The position numbers were made by a program, and so were the translations under genes. Below, piece after piece: positions 12,561 through 26,707 of a DNA stretch of 46,343 nt (position 1 is its first letter; each line of letters begins with the position of its first letter). The notes beneath the pieces were generated by a model that ran no database searches, had not been told where the DNA came from, and saw nothing but the letters and a program-made list of their open reading frames with translations. Location: contig JBODTK010000132.1 in NCBI GenBank assembly GCA_050613775.1, positions 434,001 through 480,343 of the forward strand, read 5' to 3'. Origin of the DNA: Neocallimastix sp. 'constans' (lineage: Eukaryota).

Positions 12561-13225
12561 CTTATTTTATTTATATCATATATAAATAATCTTTACAGTT
12601 TTCTATTATTAATTTTAATTTCTCAGAAGAAAGTAATTCTTTATTTTAAATTTCAAATACAATACCTTTTTTCTTTATTTTTATTACTTGTATTGTTATT
12701 ATTATTATAGTTATGATTACTTTTTAAACTCAAATTCTCTATTATTAATAGCTTTAATAAATGATTTAATATTAAAAGAGTCATTATCATTTTTATTTTT
12801 TTTTTAAAATGAAAATTATTTTTTTATTATACTATTTTACTATTTATGTAAAAAGGTTTTCTTATTATTATTTATAACTTGTTATATTTCATTATTATTA
12901 TCTTCTATTACTTATTTTTCATTATTATTCATTATTATTATAATTATACATCAATATTTATTATTTATTATTAGTTATTAAACAAAAAAAATCAAATATA
13001 TTTTTTTTTTTTAAAAAAAAAAATTTAAAATAAATTAAAATTTGATCACATTTTTTTTATTATTTTTTTTAATTATTATTTTTTATTTTTATTTATATTT
13101 TAATATATATGAAAATTTAACCTTTAACATGAATTTTGTTTATTATCATTATAAATTTAATATATATATATATATATATATATATTTTTAATAAAATTTT
13201 TATTTATATATTATAATTATATATT

Positions 13226-13269
<44 letters not shown>

Positions 13270-13572
13270 CAATAAAGTATAATTCCATCTCTATTCTGAA
13301 TAACTTTCTCTTCGGATATTTTAAGAAATTATTTTAAATTTCCAAATTATTCTTATCTTTGAAGATATCAAGTATAATAATTGTAATAATATATACTTAT
13401 AATTATTAATAAATATGTTATAATAATTATTAGTTTTAAATGGATTATACATGAGAATGAATTAAAAAAATATTTATACATATATAATAGCATTTTTTAA
13501 TATTAAATTAATTTTGATATTAATTTACATTTTTCATTTAAAAAATAAAGAAAATAAATAATTATCAGTGAA

Positions 13573-14188
13573 ATGGAATCAAAAATTATACCTGTAGAAA
13601 AAGTTGATAAAGTAAATTTAGAAAATGAAATTTTATATAAATCTAAACTTTTTTCAACATCAAATTATTATACTGGAAATGATTTGGGTTTAACGTATTC
13701 TCCCGAAAAATCAACTTTTAAATTGTGGGCTCCTACTGCAAAATTAGTAACATTACATTTATATTCAAAATCTAATATTGATTCCCATATTCAAAAAAAT
13801 TCACCCGATCGTAAAATTAGAATGTTTAAACAAAATGCTCAAACTCCAGAAGTAGTTATAACTGATACAAGTAATGATGATAGTTTTAATTATTGTAATG
13901 AATTGACTCAGGGAATTTGGGCTGTTGAAGTTCTAGAAGATTTGGATGGTTGGTATTATACTTATTCAATAAAACTTCCAAAAGATGTTAGCTTTTATAA
14001 AATATTTATGAAACAAACCCAATCAAAGGAACCATTGAATGGTCTTGAATATCCAAAAGGTATTTTTTCCTGTTAAAGTTATCATACTATAAATTATATA
14101 TATATTTTTTTTAGAAAAAAAAATTAATAAAATAATTTAACAAATGAATTATATAATAATAGTAATAATAATAATAATAAGGAAAAAA

Positions 14189-14252
<64 letters not shown>

Positions 14253-14310
14253 GGAGGAAAAAATAAAATAATAATAATAATAATAATAATAATAAAGGAG
14301 GAAAAAATAA

Positions 14311-14343
<33 letters not shown>

Positions 14344-14357
14344 GGAGGAAAAAATAA

Positions 14358-14405
<48 letters not shown>

Positions 14406-16389
14406 GGAGGAAAAAATAAAATAATAATAATAATAATAATAGAAAATAAATAAATAATTCATATTTTCATTATTAAATCATCACATAATTTTTATTAATA
14501 AATGTGATTTAATTAATAATTAATTTCTATTTTAATTTCTTTTTTAATATAATGATTTAATTGATTTTTTTTCTCCGGAAAAATAAATTGATAATATTTG
14601 CTTTTTTTTTTTTATATATATTTTAGAATCTCTTGACTCTTTCGATTTAAATAGCATTGAATATGTTGAATATGAGGCTATGGATCCATATGCCAAAGCA
14701 TGTAGTGTAAATGGTCACTATGCATATATTTGTGACTTATCAAAAGCTGATAAAGAGATCAAAGGATGGGATGCAGATATATTACGTGAATCATGTCAGA
14801 AAAAAAATCCGTTAACTTCACCAACAGATGCTATTGTTTATGAATGTCATGTTAGAGATATGACCATGCATCCTTGCTCTGGAGTTTCAAGAAAAGGTCA
14901 ATATCTTGGTTTAGCTGAAACTGGTACGAAATCACCTGATGGTTATTCTACTGGTATGGATCATATTTGTGAATTAGGTGTCACTCATGTTCAACTTCTT
15001 CCAATATATGATTATGATGATGTAGATGAAACCAAACCTTTCGATTCCTATAATTGGGGTTATAATCCATTAAACTATAATATCCCTGAAGGTTCCTACT
15101 CCTCTAAACCAGATGATCCATTATGTAGAATTATTGAATTAAAAACATTAATTAAAACTTTCCATGATAAGGGTATTCGTATTATTATGGATGTTGTATT
15201 TAATCATACATTTCATACGAAATCTGCTGAATTTAATAAAATAGTTCCTGGTTTTTATTATCGAATGGATAAATTTGGTCAATTTAGTGATGGTTCCGGT
15301 TGTGGTAATGAAATTGCTACTGAAAGATTAATGGTTAGAAAATATATATTAGATTGTATTGCCTACTGGATTAATGAGTTTCATGTAGATGGATTCCGAT
15401 TTGATTTGATGGGGTTAATAGATATAGAAACCATGAAATCTATTAGAGATATGATTGATCAAATAGATCCAAGTATTATTACCTATGGTGAAGGATGGAC
15501 ATGTGGTGATACTCCATTGGCTGAAAGTAAGAGAAGTACACGTAATAATGCTACGCATGAAGATTTAATTAACATTGGTATGTTTAATGATGAAATTCGT
15601 GATAGCCTAGTTGGTTCTGTTTTTAATAAATATGGTTTAGGTTTTGCTACAGGAAGTAAAGATATCAATAAAGAGATATTTAAAATCTTAATTTCAGGTT
15701 CTATTGGACATCCAAGTTGTAAAACGATTTGTCCAAGAGTGAGAACCCCAAGCCAAATAGTGAATTATGCTTCTTGTCATGATAATATGTGCCTCTGGGA
15801 TAAAATTTGTCTTTCTACTAATAAAGCTGGTGGTACCACTGATGAGGAAAGAGTTAAAATGGATCAATTAGCAATGGCTATTGTTTTATTCTCTCAAGGT
15901 ATTGCCTTTATTCATGAAGGAGAGGAACTTTTACGCACCAAAAAAATGGATGAAAATAGTTACAAGTCTGGAGATATTATTAATGCCATCGATTGGACTA
16001 AAAAATCAACAAACCATTCCACCTTCACCTATTATAAAAATTTGATAAAATTTAGGAAGGAGCATCCCGCGTTACGTATGAATGATCGTAAAGAAATTTG
16101 GAAGAATATCTATTTTATGGATATAGAAAATATTAATACTATTGGCGTTATTATAGATAATCATGCAAATCAAGATCCATTTAAAGTAATTATGATTTTC
16201 TTTAATGCCGAAAAGGAAGAGATTGAAGTTAATCTTCCACAAGAAGATTGGTCAATTGTCTTTTGTGATTTAAATACAGAAGAAGAGGAAGTAAATATCC
16301 CAATAACTAATAAAACTTCATTAATTATTCCAGGACTGAGTACGGTTGTATTGGCTGATACTGAAAGTGTTAAAGCATTCAAAAAATAA
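13573..16389 (+). CDS. pulA: Type I pullulanase (GH13 with N-terminal CBM48), 2 exons: 13573-14059, 14627-16389; ~749 aa
   Basis: CBM48 motifs LGLTYS..STFKLWAPTA and DPYAKA, the type I pullulanase signature YNWGYNP, and GH13 regions MDVVFNH, DGFRFDLMG, YGEGW, YASCHDN. A GT..AG intron (14060-14626) joins both ORFs in frame (G|AA = Glu). Confidence 0.93.
14150..14450. repeat. Intronic compound repeat: (AAT)n punctuated by AAAGGAGGAAAAAATAAA
   Basis: Four full copies of the GGAGG-containing spacer separated by variable AAT runs, inside the pullulanase intron. Confidence 0.9.
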
Positions 16390-17144
16390 TAAAATTAATG
16401 AATGGATATACAATTAAAATAAATAAATAAATAAATAATAATAATGAAATCTAAAAATACATATAATAAAAGAAAATATATGTATATATATATTTAATAA
16501 AAATATAAATTAACGTCACATTAACATCATATAAAAAAAAAAATTAATTTAATTAAAATAGATTCTAATTATGTATATAGCAATAACAATTTCAAATATA
16601 TATTGGTATTTAGTAATAATTTTTTTTCTTTTTTTTTTTAATATTTATTTAATTATAGATTTATTTTTTGTAATAAAAATTTTATAAAGTAATATTTATA
16701 GAACAAATATCAATTACTAATTTAATAAGGAAATCATATTTAAATAATTTATATATGATGTAAAATAATAGATAATTAATGATAACCAAAAAGTCATACA
16801 AATTCATATTTTATATATTATTAATCATTATTTATAATTATAATATTTATTTAAAACATATAATATAATATTTATTTATTCAAAACATATAATATTTATT
16901 TAAAACTTATAAAAAAAATAAAAAAGTATATATTATTATAATTAAAATTTAATAGATATTTATTAGAGTGTAAAATTTTTTTAATAAAAAATTCAAAAAT
17001 AATTATATCAAATATATATTATATATTAATTTAGTTGCTAATATTTTAACAGAAATAAATAAATTATTAAGCATTTAATATTAGATATATCATTAGAAAA
17101 AATAAATTCTCTATTATTTTAAATTTAATTTATTCGCAATTGTA

Positions 17145-17450
<306 letters not shown>

Positions 17451-17526
17451 TCATGAAACAAATTTCATAAAATGTAATAATAATAATAATTATTATTATT
17501 TATGAATTATATATATATATGTATTG

Positions 17527-17579
<53 letters not shown>

Positions 17580-17789
17580 ATAACCCCCAAAAAAGGATAA
17601 AAAAAAATAAAACTATTTATTCCTTTATAATATATATATTTTTCATATTTCTCAAAAAAAAAAAAAAAAAAATTTTTTTAATATATATATTTTTATGTTT
17701 TTATTGATTTATATCAATAATATATATTTCATTTATTTAAATTTTTTAAAAAATATATATTTTTTATAAAATGACTTTAACATAAAAAA

Positions 17790-18217
17790 TTATTGTCTCT
17801 TAATTAATGTCTTCTTTACAACATTGAAAGAGTAAACATAAGCATAGATAATAAATAATGTAGTAACAATTTGAATAAATGTCCCTATATAAAGTATTTA
17901 AAAAATAATAGTAATAAATATATATAAAAAAAAAAAATTTAAATAAATATTAAATATTAAATTTTTATTAAATTCATATATATATATATTAATAATTTAA
18001 TTACCAATAACAAAATATAACAATGAAAGGTCCATAACAATCATTTTATCTGGACTAAAAGATGATCCAATGGTTTTTACTTTAGTATGTATTCTTATTT
18101 TAGTCCAACTATAAATTGTTACAATACAGAATATAGCTAAATATTTTTAAATATTTTATTTTTTTTTTTAAAATTATTAGTTTATTAATTTACAAATTTT
18201 ATGATAAATTTAATGGA

Positions 18218-18263
<46 letters not shown>

Positions 18264-21200
18264 GAATATAATTAATATATATAGATTATCTTATGTAATA
18301 TGTGTTAATATGTTTATATATAATACTTACTAATTAATACTGTAAGAAGAATAATAATAAGATAGCAATAACATATAAACCTTGTTTGTCCTAATTTTAA
18401 AAGATCCGTAGGTTTACGAAGTACTACAGCGGTATGTTTAGTATTATTTGATTTGGTAAGATTTAAATTTAGAAGTACAGATGGATCCGTAGAATGACCA
18501 ATAATATAATTATTTTCCATATCACCTTCTGCATTTTTATTTAATGGAATTTTTATATTTGCCCCTTCACTTTCGTTATCTTGAGATAAAGCAATAATAG
18601 AAAAACGGCATTGCTTTCTTAATTGGTATTGCTGAGGACATACCCCGTTATTACCATTGATATTAAAAAGTCGACTAGCAGATGAATTACTATAAGATCT
18701 TATTCCTCTCTCAAAATTCATGCCATATTCATTATCCATAAATTGTGGTGTACCATAGCTATACATTACATTTCTTTTTCGTGGATTTAAAGTTGATATA
18801 TGTCTGGTAAGTGGCTTGGGCTCCTCATAAATTTCTTTGATTTTTTCTTTAGTAGGAAGTTTACTTTGAGATTCAATGTTAATTACAAAATCTTTATTAT
18901 TTGTATTATAGTTCATTTCATTTACTATCGTTATTATTATTTATTATTATAATTATATAATTATAATTATTATTAATATTATAATTATTATTATTTATTA
19001 TTATTATTATTATAAAATATTTAAATTCGGAAAAGAATTAAAAAAAAAAATAAGCATATTAAAAAATATTAAAATTATAATGAGTAATAATAAAATATAA
19101 ATTATTAACTTCTATTTTTTATTTACTTTGTGATATAGTAACTGTTTTTAATATTTTTACTTGGTCCGCATTATCCACATCTTTTTCTTTACCTTTGAAA
19201 TCTTTCTCTGGAAAATCATTATCAGCTCTTTTTATAATTTCTTGAGAATTTAATTTATTCTTAAATAAAGTATTTTTATTATTGCGTAATGAACGATTAC
19301 AAAGATTATCTTCTGAATTAGATTTAATTAACTTAAGTTTTGCATCGTTATTATCTGATCTGGAAAGAGATAATATTTCTTCATGACTCTTATTCATTTT
19401 CGTATTATTAGTTTTAATATTTTTTTTTGTAGATAAAGGCTTGCTTAATGAATTTTTTGATAGATTACGGTTTTGAGAATTATTACTTGAATTTGAAAAT
19501 CTATCTCTACATCGTATATATGAGCATTCATTTATTGTGGCATGTCTTTTGGGTTTTGAACTTTTTATATTGATATTGTAATCTAAAAGATCTCTATTCT
19601 TATTGACTATTGGCTTTATATTAGTTACTGTTTCCGATTTTTTCTGTATAGATTTTGGATTTAAAGATTTTAATTGTTCAACATTAATAGTATCATTAGG
19701 ATTATTGTTATCATTATTAATATTATCATTAGTATAAGGATCCTCATAATTGTCAATACTGCTGTATTTGGAATGGGTATTAATACTTTGTTGATAAGAT
19801 AGTTTATGATAAGCTCCTCCAAACTAACATTATAAAAATATTTTATTTTATTTATTTTTTTTTTTTATCATTATTATTTTTAATAATATTAATTATTATA
19901 TAATTTATTTATATTTAGTTGTATATCATAAAATATAGAAAAATATTTTAAATAAAATTCATCATAATAATTGATAAAGTTAGTAAATTTAAATATATAT
20001 TTATATATAATATAACAAGTTGTAATTTTTTTTTCTATTTTTGTTTATATAAATTATTATTATTTTTTTTATTTTTTTTTTTTATTAAAAAAAAAAAAGA
20101 AAAAAAAAATATTTACACTAATATTTGGTCCTACAACCGAGGGTAGACTTTCATTTTTCTCAGGTAAAGTATAGTATGAACCTGAACTAATTTCAGAAAT
20201 ATCATCAAAAGGTGTATCATTTACTGTCATCTTCTTATAATGAACAATTTTTATGACAACAAGAGTAAAAATTACTAAAATAGTTGCTTCCAAGGAATAG
20301 CATAAGTCTACCCATACTTCTACTTTTTTAATTTCTGAACAAATATCCGATTTAAAAATATCATCTGTCACTTGGTTATAATCATTAAGTTGCTGCTGAG
20401 TACCAGACTCTCCACTTTGTACAAATTTATAGGTATAATTATCCACATAGATTTCATAATTATTTGAAATATTCATCTGTTTATAAATATAATCCTCATC
20501 CATTAATATTCCAATATTAATATTTTTATTTTCATCATCATTGTATGAATTAGAAATACTTTTGTTTAATGGTGATGGGGTATAATTTTCATTATATTCC
20601 ACAACAATATCATTATCGTATATAATATGATTACTTTTATTATAATTTATTATTCTATTTAAATTTGGATAGTTAATATCCCTCTTATAGATTTGACTTA
20701 AATTTTTGTATCTAAATAGTACTTTATTATTTCCATCTTTATTTTCATCCTTTATTTTATCCTTATTATTATTACCCTTATAACCATCAATTAATGCCTT
20801 TAAATTATGTAAAAATACCACTGAGATACTTTTATCGTTTTCTTTTATATTATCATACATAGATAAACATGAATAATGTCCACATACAGCATTTAGACAT
20901 TTATCTGTACAATATTTTCTATTCTCTGTTTCCGATGAGATAACAGATGTTACATCTTCTATTAAGCATATTTTATTCAAGCCCCATTTACTATTGTATA
21001 TCATTATTTTATATCATTTATTTTATTTTATTTTTTTTTTTTTACCGTTTTCAAATATATATATAAAATATTATAAAATATTAACAAAAAAAAAAAAAAA
21101 AAAAAAAAGAAGAAGAAGAGAAAATAGAATTATCAAAGAATTTATGTTTGAAATAATAAAATATTATAATAAAATATTATAATAAAATATAATAATAAAA

Positions 21201-21359
21201 TATAATAATAAATATAATACAAAATAAAAAAAAAGATATTAATCAATATAATTAGTATTTATGAATATATATATTAAGATAATATATAAAGTGATATAAT
21301 ACATTTAAAGAGAAGAAAAAATAAATAAATATTAAATTTGAAAGTTATTTAAGAAACAT

Positions 21360-21390
<31 letters not shown>

Positions 21391-22900
21391 AATTTATAAA
21401 ATAACTTTATTTTATTTATTTATTTTTTTTTTTTTTTAAAAAAAAAAAATAGCAATAATTATAAAGTAAATAAATAATACTTTACTATATTTCAATATAA
21501 TTTTGTGGTATACTGGTATTTGGATTAACATAGGTTGTCCATTCTGGTTGGGTAATATTTACATAGATACTCATCCATTCTGTTGTTCCAAGACTGAAAA
21601 ACATGGTTGATATAGATACAAATACCATGAAATAAAGTATAATAATATAATAAATATTAGAAAATAAATAAATGGTTAAAGTATCTTCTTGTGATGTATC
21701 AAATGCTATAGTAATAGATGAAGAGGATTCCGAATAGATATTATATTTTGAAGAATAATTATTATATAAAGTTACATTGCTATTGTTATTGCTGTTGTTC
21801 ATATTATTTTTATTATTGGTAGGATTACTATTTTCTGGTACTCCTACAGATTTCAAATATTTTCTTTCCTTATCATCACCTTCATTTTTTTCTTCTTTTG
21901 CCATAGTTTTAGTTCCTTTAATAGGTAACTCTGACATATTGAATTTTAAACTTTTTATTAGATTTTGATTAGGATTACCATTTCTTTTTGATGATACGTT
22001 GGTTGTATTTTCAGAATCTTCGATTATTGAATTATTTATATTTATTGTATTATTAGTATTTTTATTTAAATTTTCATTATTTTCAAGATAATCTGTAGTC
22101 TCAATATTATTATTATCACTTTTATCAACTTTATTGTTATCATATATTTGGATTTGTTGTATTTTACCATTTTCTATACTTTCAACATCTACAACATTAA
22201 TTTTTATTTCAATATTATTATCATCATCATTAGTACTAGTATTAGTAAGATTATTATTATTATCAATAATAGTATTTTGCTGTTCCTCAGATTCTAGTTC
22301 CTCACTTCCATTACTATCTTCAAATGGATTTTTTAAATCTACGTTAGGTTCTATTTTTTTATATTGATTATTATTATTATTATTATTGTTGTTGTTGGTA
22401 TTAATATAAATATTAGTATTAGTATTGACATTATTATTGGTATTGGTATAATTATTATTGCTATTATTTATATTATTGATATTTTCTTGAGTGGAATTAA
22501 TGTTTTCATTATTTTCATTTTTTTTTGTATTAATAATATCTTCATTAGAAATCGTTGAAATAATAGGATCATTATTATCATTATCTTCAAATGGATTCAT
22601 TATTATTTCCTTTTTTTGAGATTCCATTTCTATAATTTCTATTTCTTGAGGTATGTTATTAAAAGAAGGAATATTATTATAATTATTCTTTAAATGTTCA
22701 AATCTGATTCGGTTAAAAATTTGTTCTTTATTATTATTATTATTATTATTACTATTATTACTAGCAGTATTATCGTTACTATTAATACTACTATAACTGC
22801 TATCTTTTTGTGATTTGTTAATTAAGTGACAACGGCTATAACTCTTACTACATTCATCGAATTTTTCTTCATTTTCTTGATCATTATCTATTAAATCCAT
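17790..22900 (-). CDS. Large four-TM claudin/PMP22/Sur7-PalI-like membrane protein, 6 exons: 22900-21486, 20990-20117, 19823-19127, 18924-18331, 18136-18005, 17884-17790; ~1268 aa
   Basis: All five introns are GT..AG and phase-consistent (3807 nt including stop), linking four ORFs of the track plus two small exons. There are four hydrophobic segments. After TM1, W...KWGLNKIC...C resembles the claudin W-GLWxxC-C signature. The family call is inference. Confidence 0.8.
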
Positions 22901-24112
22901 AGCATTAAATATATTTAAATAAAATATATTATTTATTAACAGCAAAAAATAATATATTATCTATTTTATTTTATAATAATATTTTTTATAATATATATAT
23001 TTATCAATTTATAATTTTTAATACTATTAATTTAATTAATAATGTGAGTATTATTATTATTATTATTGAAGATATTTTTGTTTTTAAATATATTTTTTAT
23101 TTTAATTATTTTTTTTTTTTTTTTAAATTTTTTAATATATTTGCAAAAATTCAATTATTTATCTATATTGATATGCTATTTTCTTATTTTATTAATGATA
23201 GTTTTGTTTTGTTTTGTTTTGTTTATAGCATTGAATATATAAATATATGTTGTGACACTAATGGTATTTTTTTATATTTGTTATTATATCATTTTAATTG
23301 ATAATTATAATATTTTAATTGTATAAAAGATTTTATAAGTAAAGAATCAAAAATTAATGATAGATAATAATGTTAATTTTTTTTTTTTTTTTTTTTTTGC
23401 ATAATAGTTATTTGCTTTACAAACTACTCATATTCATTATATATTTTAACTTTTAATTTTTAGTGAATTTATAAATACTTTATAGTGAAAAAAAAAAAAT
23501 TAAATATAAAACTGGAGAAAAAAAATGTTTTTAAAAAAAATTTTTTTTTAAAAAAAAAAATAAATAAATTTTAATTAAATAAATTTTATAAATCTAATTC
23601 ATATTTATTTATTTATTTGTTTATTTATTTATATATTTAAAGATTTATTTTAAAGATTTATTTCATTTCATACTATATTTAAGCATTTTTATTAATTTGT
23701 TGAATATTTTAACAAAGATTATTTTTTACAATTAATTAGTTAAAAAAAAAGATGAAATAAACCTATTAAAGTGATATATAAATATATTTAATAAAGTGAT
23801 AGCAATAAATCCAATTGAATATTTTTCCAATTATTATTATTTCTTATTCTTTATTTAAAAAAATTTAATTTTATTAATATATTTTTAATTATAATTTTTT
23901 ATATAATTTTTAATAGTATTGGATTATTTTTAAATTTACTAAAAGGATGAAATAATAATAAAATTTTTAGTATTTAAATATTTACAATTTAAAAAAGTTT
24001 TAACATATTTTTAAATATAAATATTAATTATTTTCATCAAATATTTTATTTATTATATTATAATTGATATTTATTAATATTTATAAAGAAATTAATATAT
24101 ATATATATTTTA

Positions 24113-24147
<35 letters not shown>

Positions 24148-24356
24148 TAATAAAGTTTTATTATATATAAAATTAATTCTATTAATTTTTCCATCATAAT
24201 ATATATACAATTATACGATTATTTATTATATTTTTCAAAAAAATTTAAATATAAATCTAAATAATTAATGAAACTATATAATAAAGTTATATTTTAATTA
24301 TAGATAGAACAAAGTTATTTATGTTTTTTGCTTTTTATTATTTTTTATTATTTTTA

Positions 24357-24401
<45 letters not shown>

Positions 24402-25235
24402 TTATATTATTATTATTTTATTTTTTTTTTTAATTTATAAATATATATTTTTGTAATTAAAATTTGATAATCCTTAAAATATAAGTAAAACTAAATTTTT
24501 TTTTTAGAATTTTTTTTAAATATATTTTAATATACTTTTTTTTTTTCTAAATTGTATTTATTAATTTTATATGGAATTATATAAATTGTAAAAAAAAAAA
24601 TCTTATTGCAAAAGAAAATCTTTTGTATTTCTTAATAATTATTACTATATGCTTTTTATTATTATTTTTATTCATATTAATTCATATTATAACTAATTAT
24701 AATAATAGTAATCATAGATATTTAATTTTGAACTTCTAAAAAAATAGTTCAAATTTAAAACTAAATTTATTAATATCTAAAAAAAAAAAAATGAATTTAC
24801 ATAAAAAAATAGAAAAATAAAAAAATAATATTATTATAATTAAATTAAAAAGAATAGAAAAAAGAAAAAAAACATAATTAAATAAGATATTTATATTAAA
24901 TAAAAAATAAATAATAAATAATAAATTATACAAATTATTTTATATTATTATGTTTTTGTTTTTTTGTTTTTTTATTTTTATTATTATTTTTTTTTTTAAA
25001 ATAATATTTTTTAAAATTTTATATTATTATATCATAATTTTTTAAATTTTATATGTTTTATTATATTATTATTATTATTTAATAAATTAAAATGCTTTTT
25101 TTTTTTTATAAATATAATATGATCTAAAGTTAATAATCATTTATTATGTTAAATTTGTATATTTGCATATATTCTCCGGTTATCATTTTATCATTTTTTA
25201 GATGGTAATTAAAACTGAGTATATATAATTTTTTT

Positions 25236-25271
<36 letters not shown>

Positions 25272-25324
25272 GTAATATTTTATAATAGAGTAATCTTTCA
25301 AATTTTAACTAATAAGAAACTTTT

Positions 25325-26603
25325 TTATTTATTATGTAAAATTGACATAACCATTCTATTTATATTTTAGTAATAATAATATATATATTATATAAATATT
25401 TAGTAAAATAATAATAATAATAATAAAAATAATTAAATATTCATTTAATTTTAAATATTAAAAAATATATAGTTATGTATTTACCCATAAAGGTCTTTTG
25501 TATTTTTGTATTTAATTATATATATATTTAATATTTAAAATATTGATTTAAAAAATTTTTTTTTTTAAAAAAAAAGTGCATTAGTATAATGATTAATTGT
25601 TATCTAAAAATTAGTAATTGTAATATAAACTTACATAAGAAGAATGAAATAAAGAAGAATAACAATTTAATGAAACTTTCTTTCTTATCATATGATAAAG
25701 TCCTAAAGATTTCGGTAGCATCAAATAAATGTTTATTATCCAAGTATCTAAAAGCAAAATAAAAATAAATAATTAATAAGATACAATAAAAATATTAAAA
25801 ATTATGTTAAAATAAAATTTTTATCATTATTATCATTATTTATTATTAATATTATGATTAGTATTGTTGTTTGTTTTATTATTAAATTACTATTATTAAT
25901 CAAAATAATATTTCTTACGATTGATTTTTATAATTTACATTAGTGATTTTAATATATAAATTAATAATTTGATTATTTAATTAATTAATATTAAATTATT
26001 ACCTTTTAATATTATACCACAATAATGGAACATTAAATAAGAAAATTATCCATTTTCCAGTAAATAAGAACATTAAAGATAATACAGCGTGTGCGATATA
26101 ATTTGGTAATACGAACTACAAATAATATAATATATTTAATGTATATTATTATTTTCATTTTATCAATATAGGTATTTAAATTAAAGTATTCTATTATATT
26201 AATTTCTTATTCATTTGTAAATAATATTATACTTCATTTAATCTAGTACAAAGATCAATTGGATTAATGTAATCACATTCTAAATCAGAGAACATAATTA
26301 TCTATTTATTTATTTATATTCAAAGAAAAAAATAATGAATAAAAAATAAAAATTCAAAATATAAAGAATTAAGGCAATAAGCATTTTTCTTTAAAAATAT
26401 TATATATATACGAGTAATCAATTTATATTGTCATTTTATTTATTATTTTTCTTCTTTAAACTCTTTTTATTAATTACTTTTATTGTTAGTAATAAAAAAA
26501 ATATTTATATTTATTAAAAAAAGGATACAAAGTAGACCATAATAAATAATAAGAGTGCAGATATAATTGCTGCAAATATAAATAAAAATGCTTCCCAACC
26601 CAT
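25325..26603 (-). CDS. ERV14: Cornichon / Erv14 ER cargo receptor, 6 exons: 26603-26529, 26301-26233, 26115-26003, 25747-25635, 25494-25485, 25355-25325; 136 aa
   Basis: Spliced product MGWEAFLFIFAAIISALLLFIMVYF-IIMFSDLECDYINPIDLCTRLNE-FVLP...NVPLLWYNIKR-YLDNKHLFDATEIFRTLSYDKKESFIKL...YLYGMVMSILHNK*. Contains the diagnostic SDLECDYINP and DATEIFRTL motifs; all introns are GT..AG and in phase. Confidence 0.93.
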
Positions 26604-26645
26604 TTTTAATATTTCTTATCTCTAAAAAAAATAAAAATAGGTTAT

Positions 26646-26707
<62 letters not shown>

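Noticed and set aside
13001..13030. TnAn palindromic runs here and at many other sites (e.g. 3727, 10631, 23521, 25555)
   Set aside because: Ubiquitous in this composition; no evidence of specific function from sequence alone.
14150..14450. Repeat-spacer appearance suggestive of a CRISPR array
   Set aside because: The spacers are only (AAT)n, the context is a eukaryotic intron, and there are no cas genes.
14124..14462. 112-aa minus-strand ORF
   Set aside because: Antisense reading of the (AAT)n repeat in the pullulanase intron.
15483..16382. Short minus-strand ORFs within pullulanase; likewise plus-strand ORFs at 21777-22558, 35684-36208 and 38652-39112
   Set aside because: Antisense or alternative-frame shadows of real coding sequence with no independent motifs.
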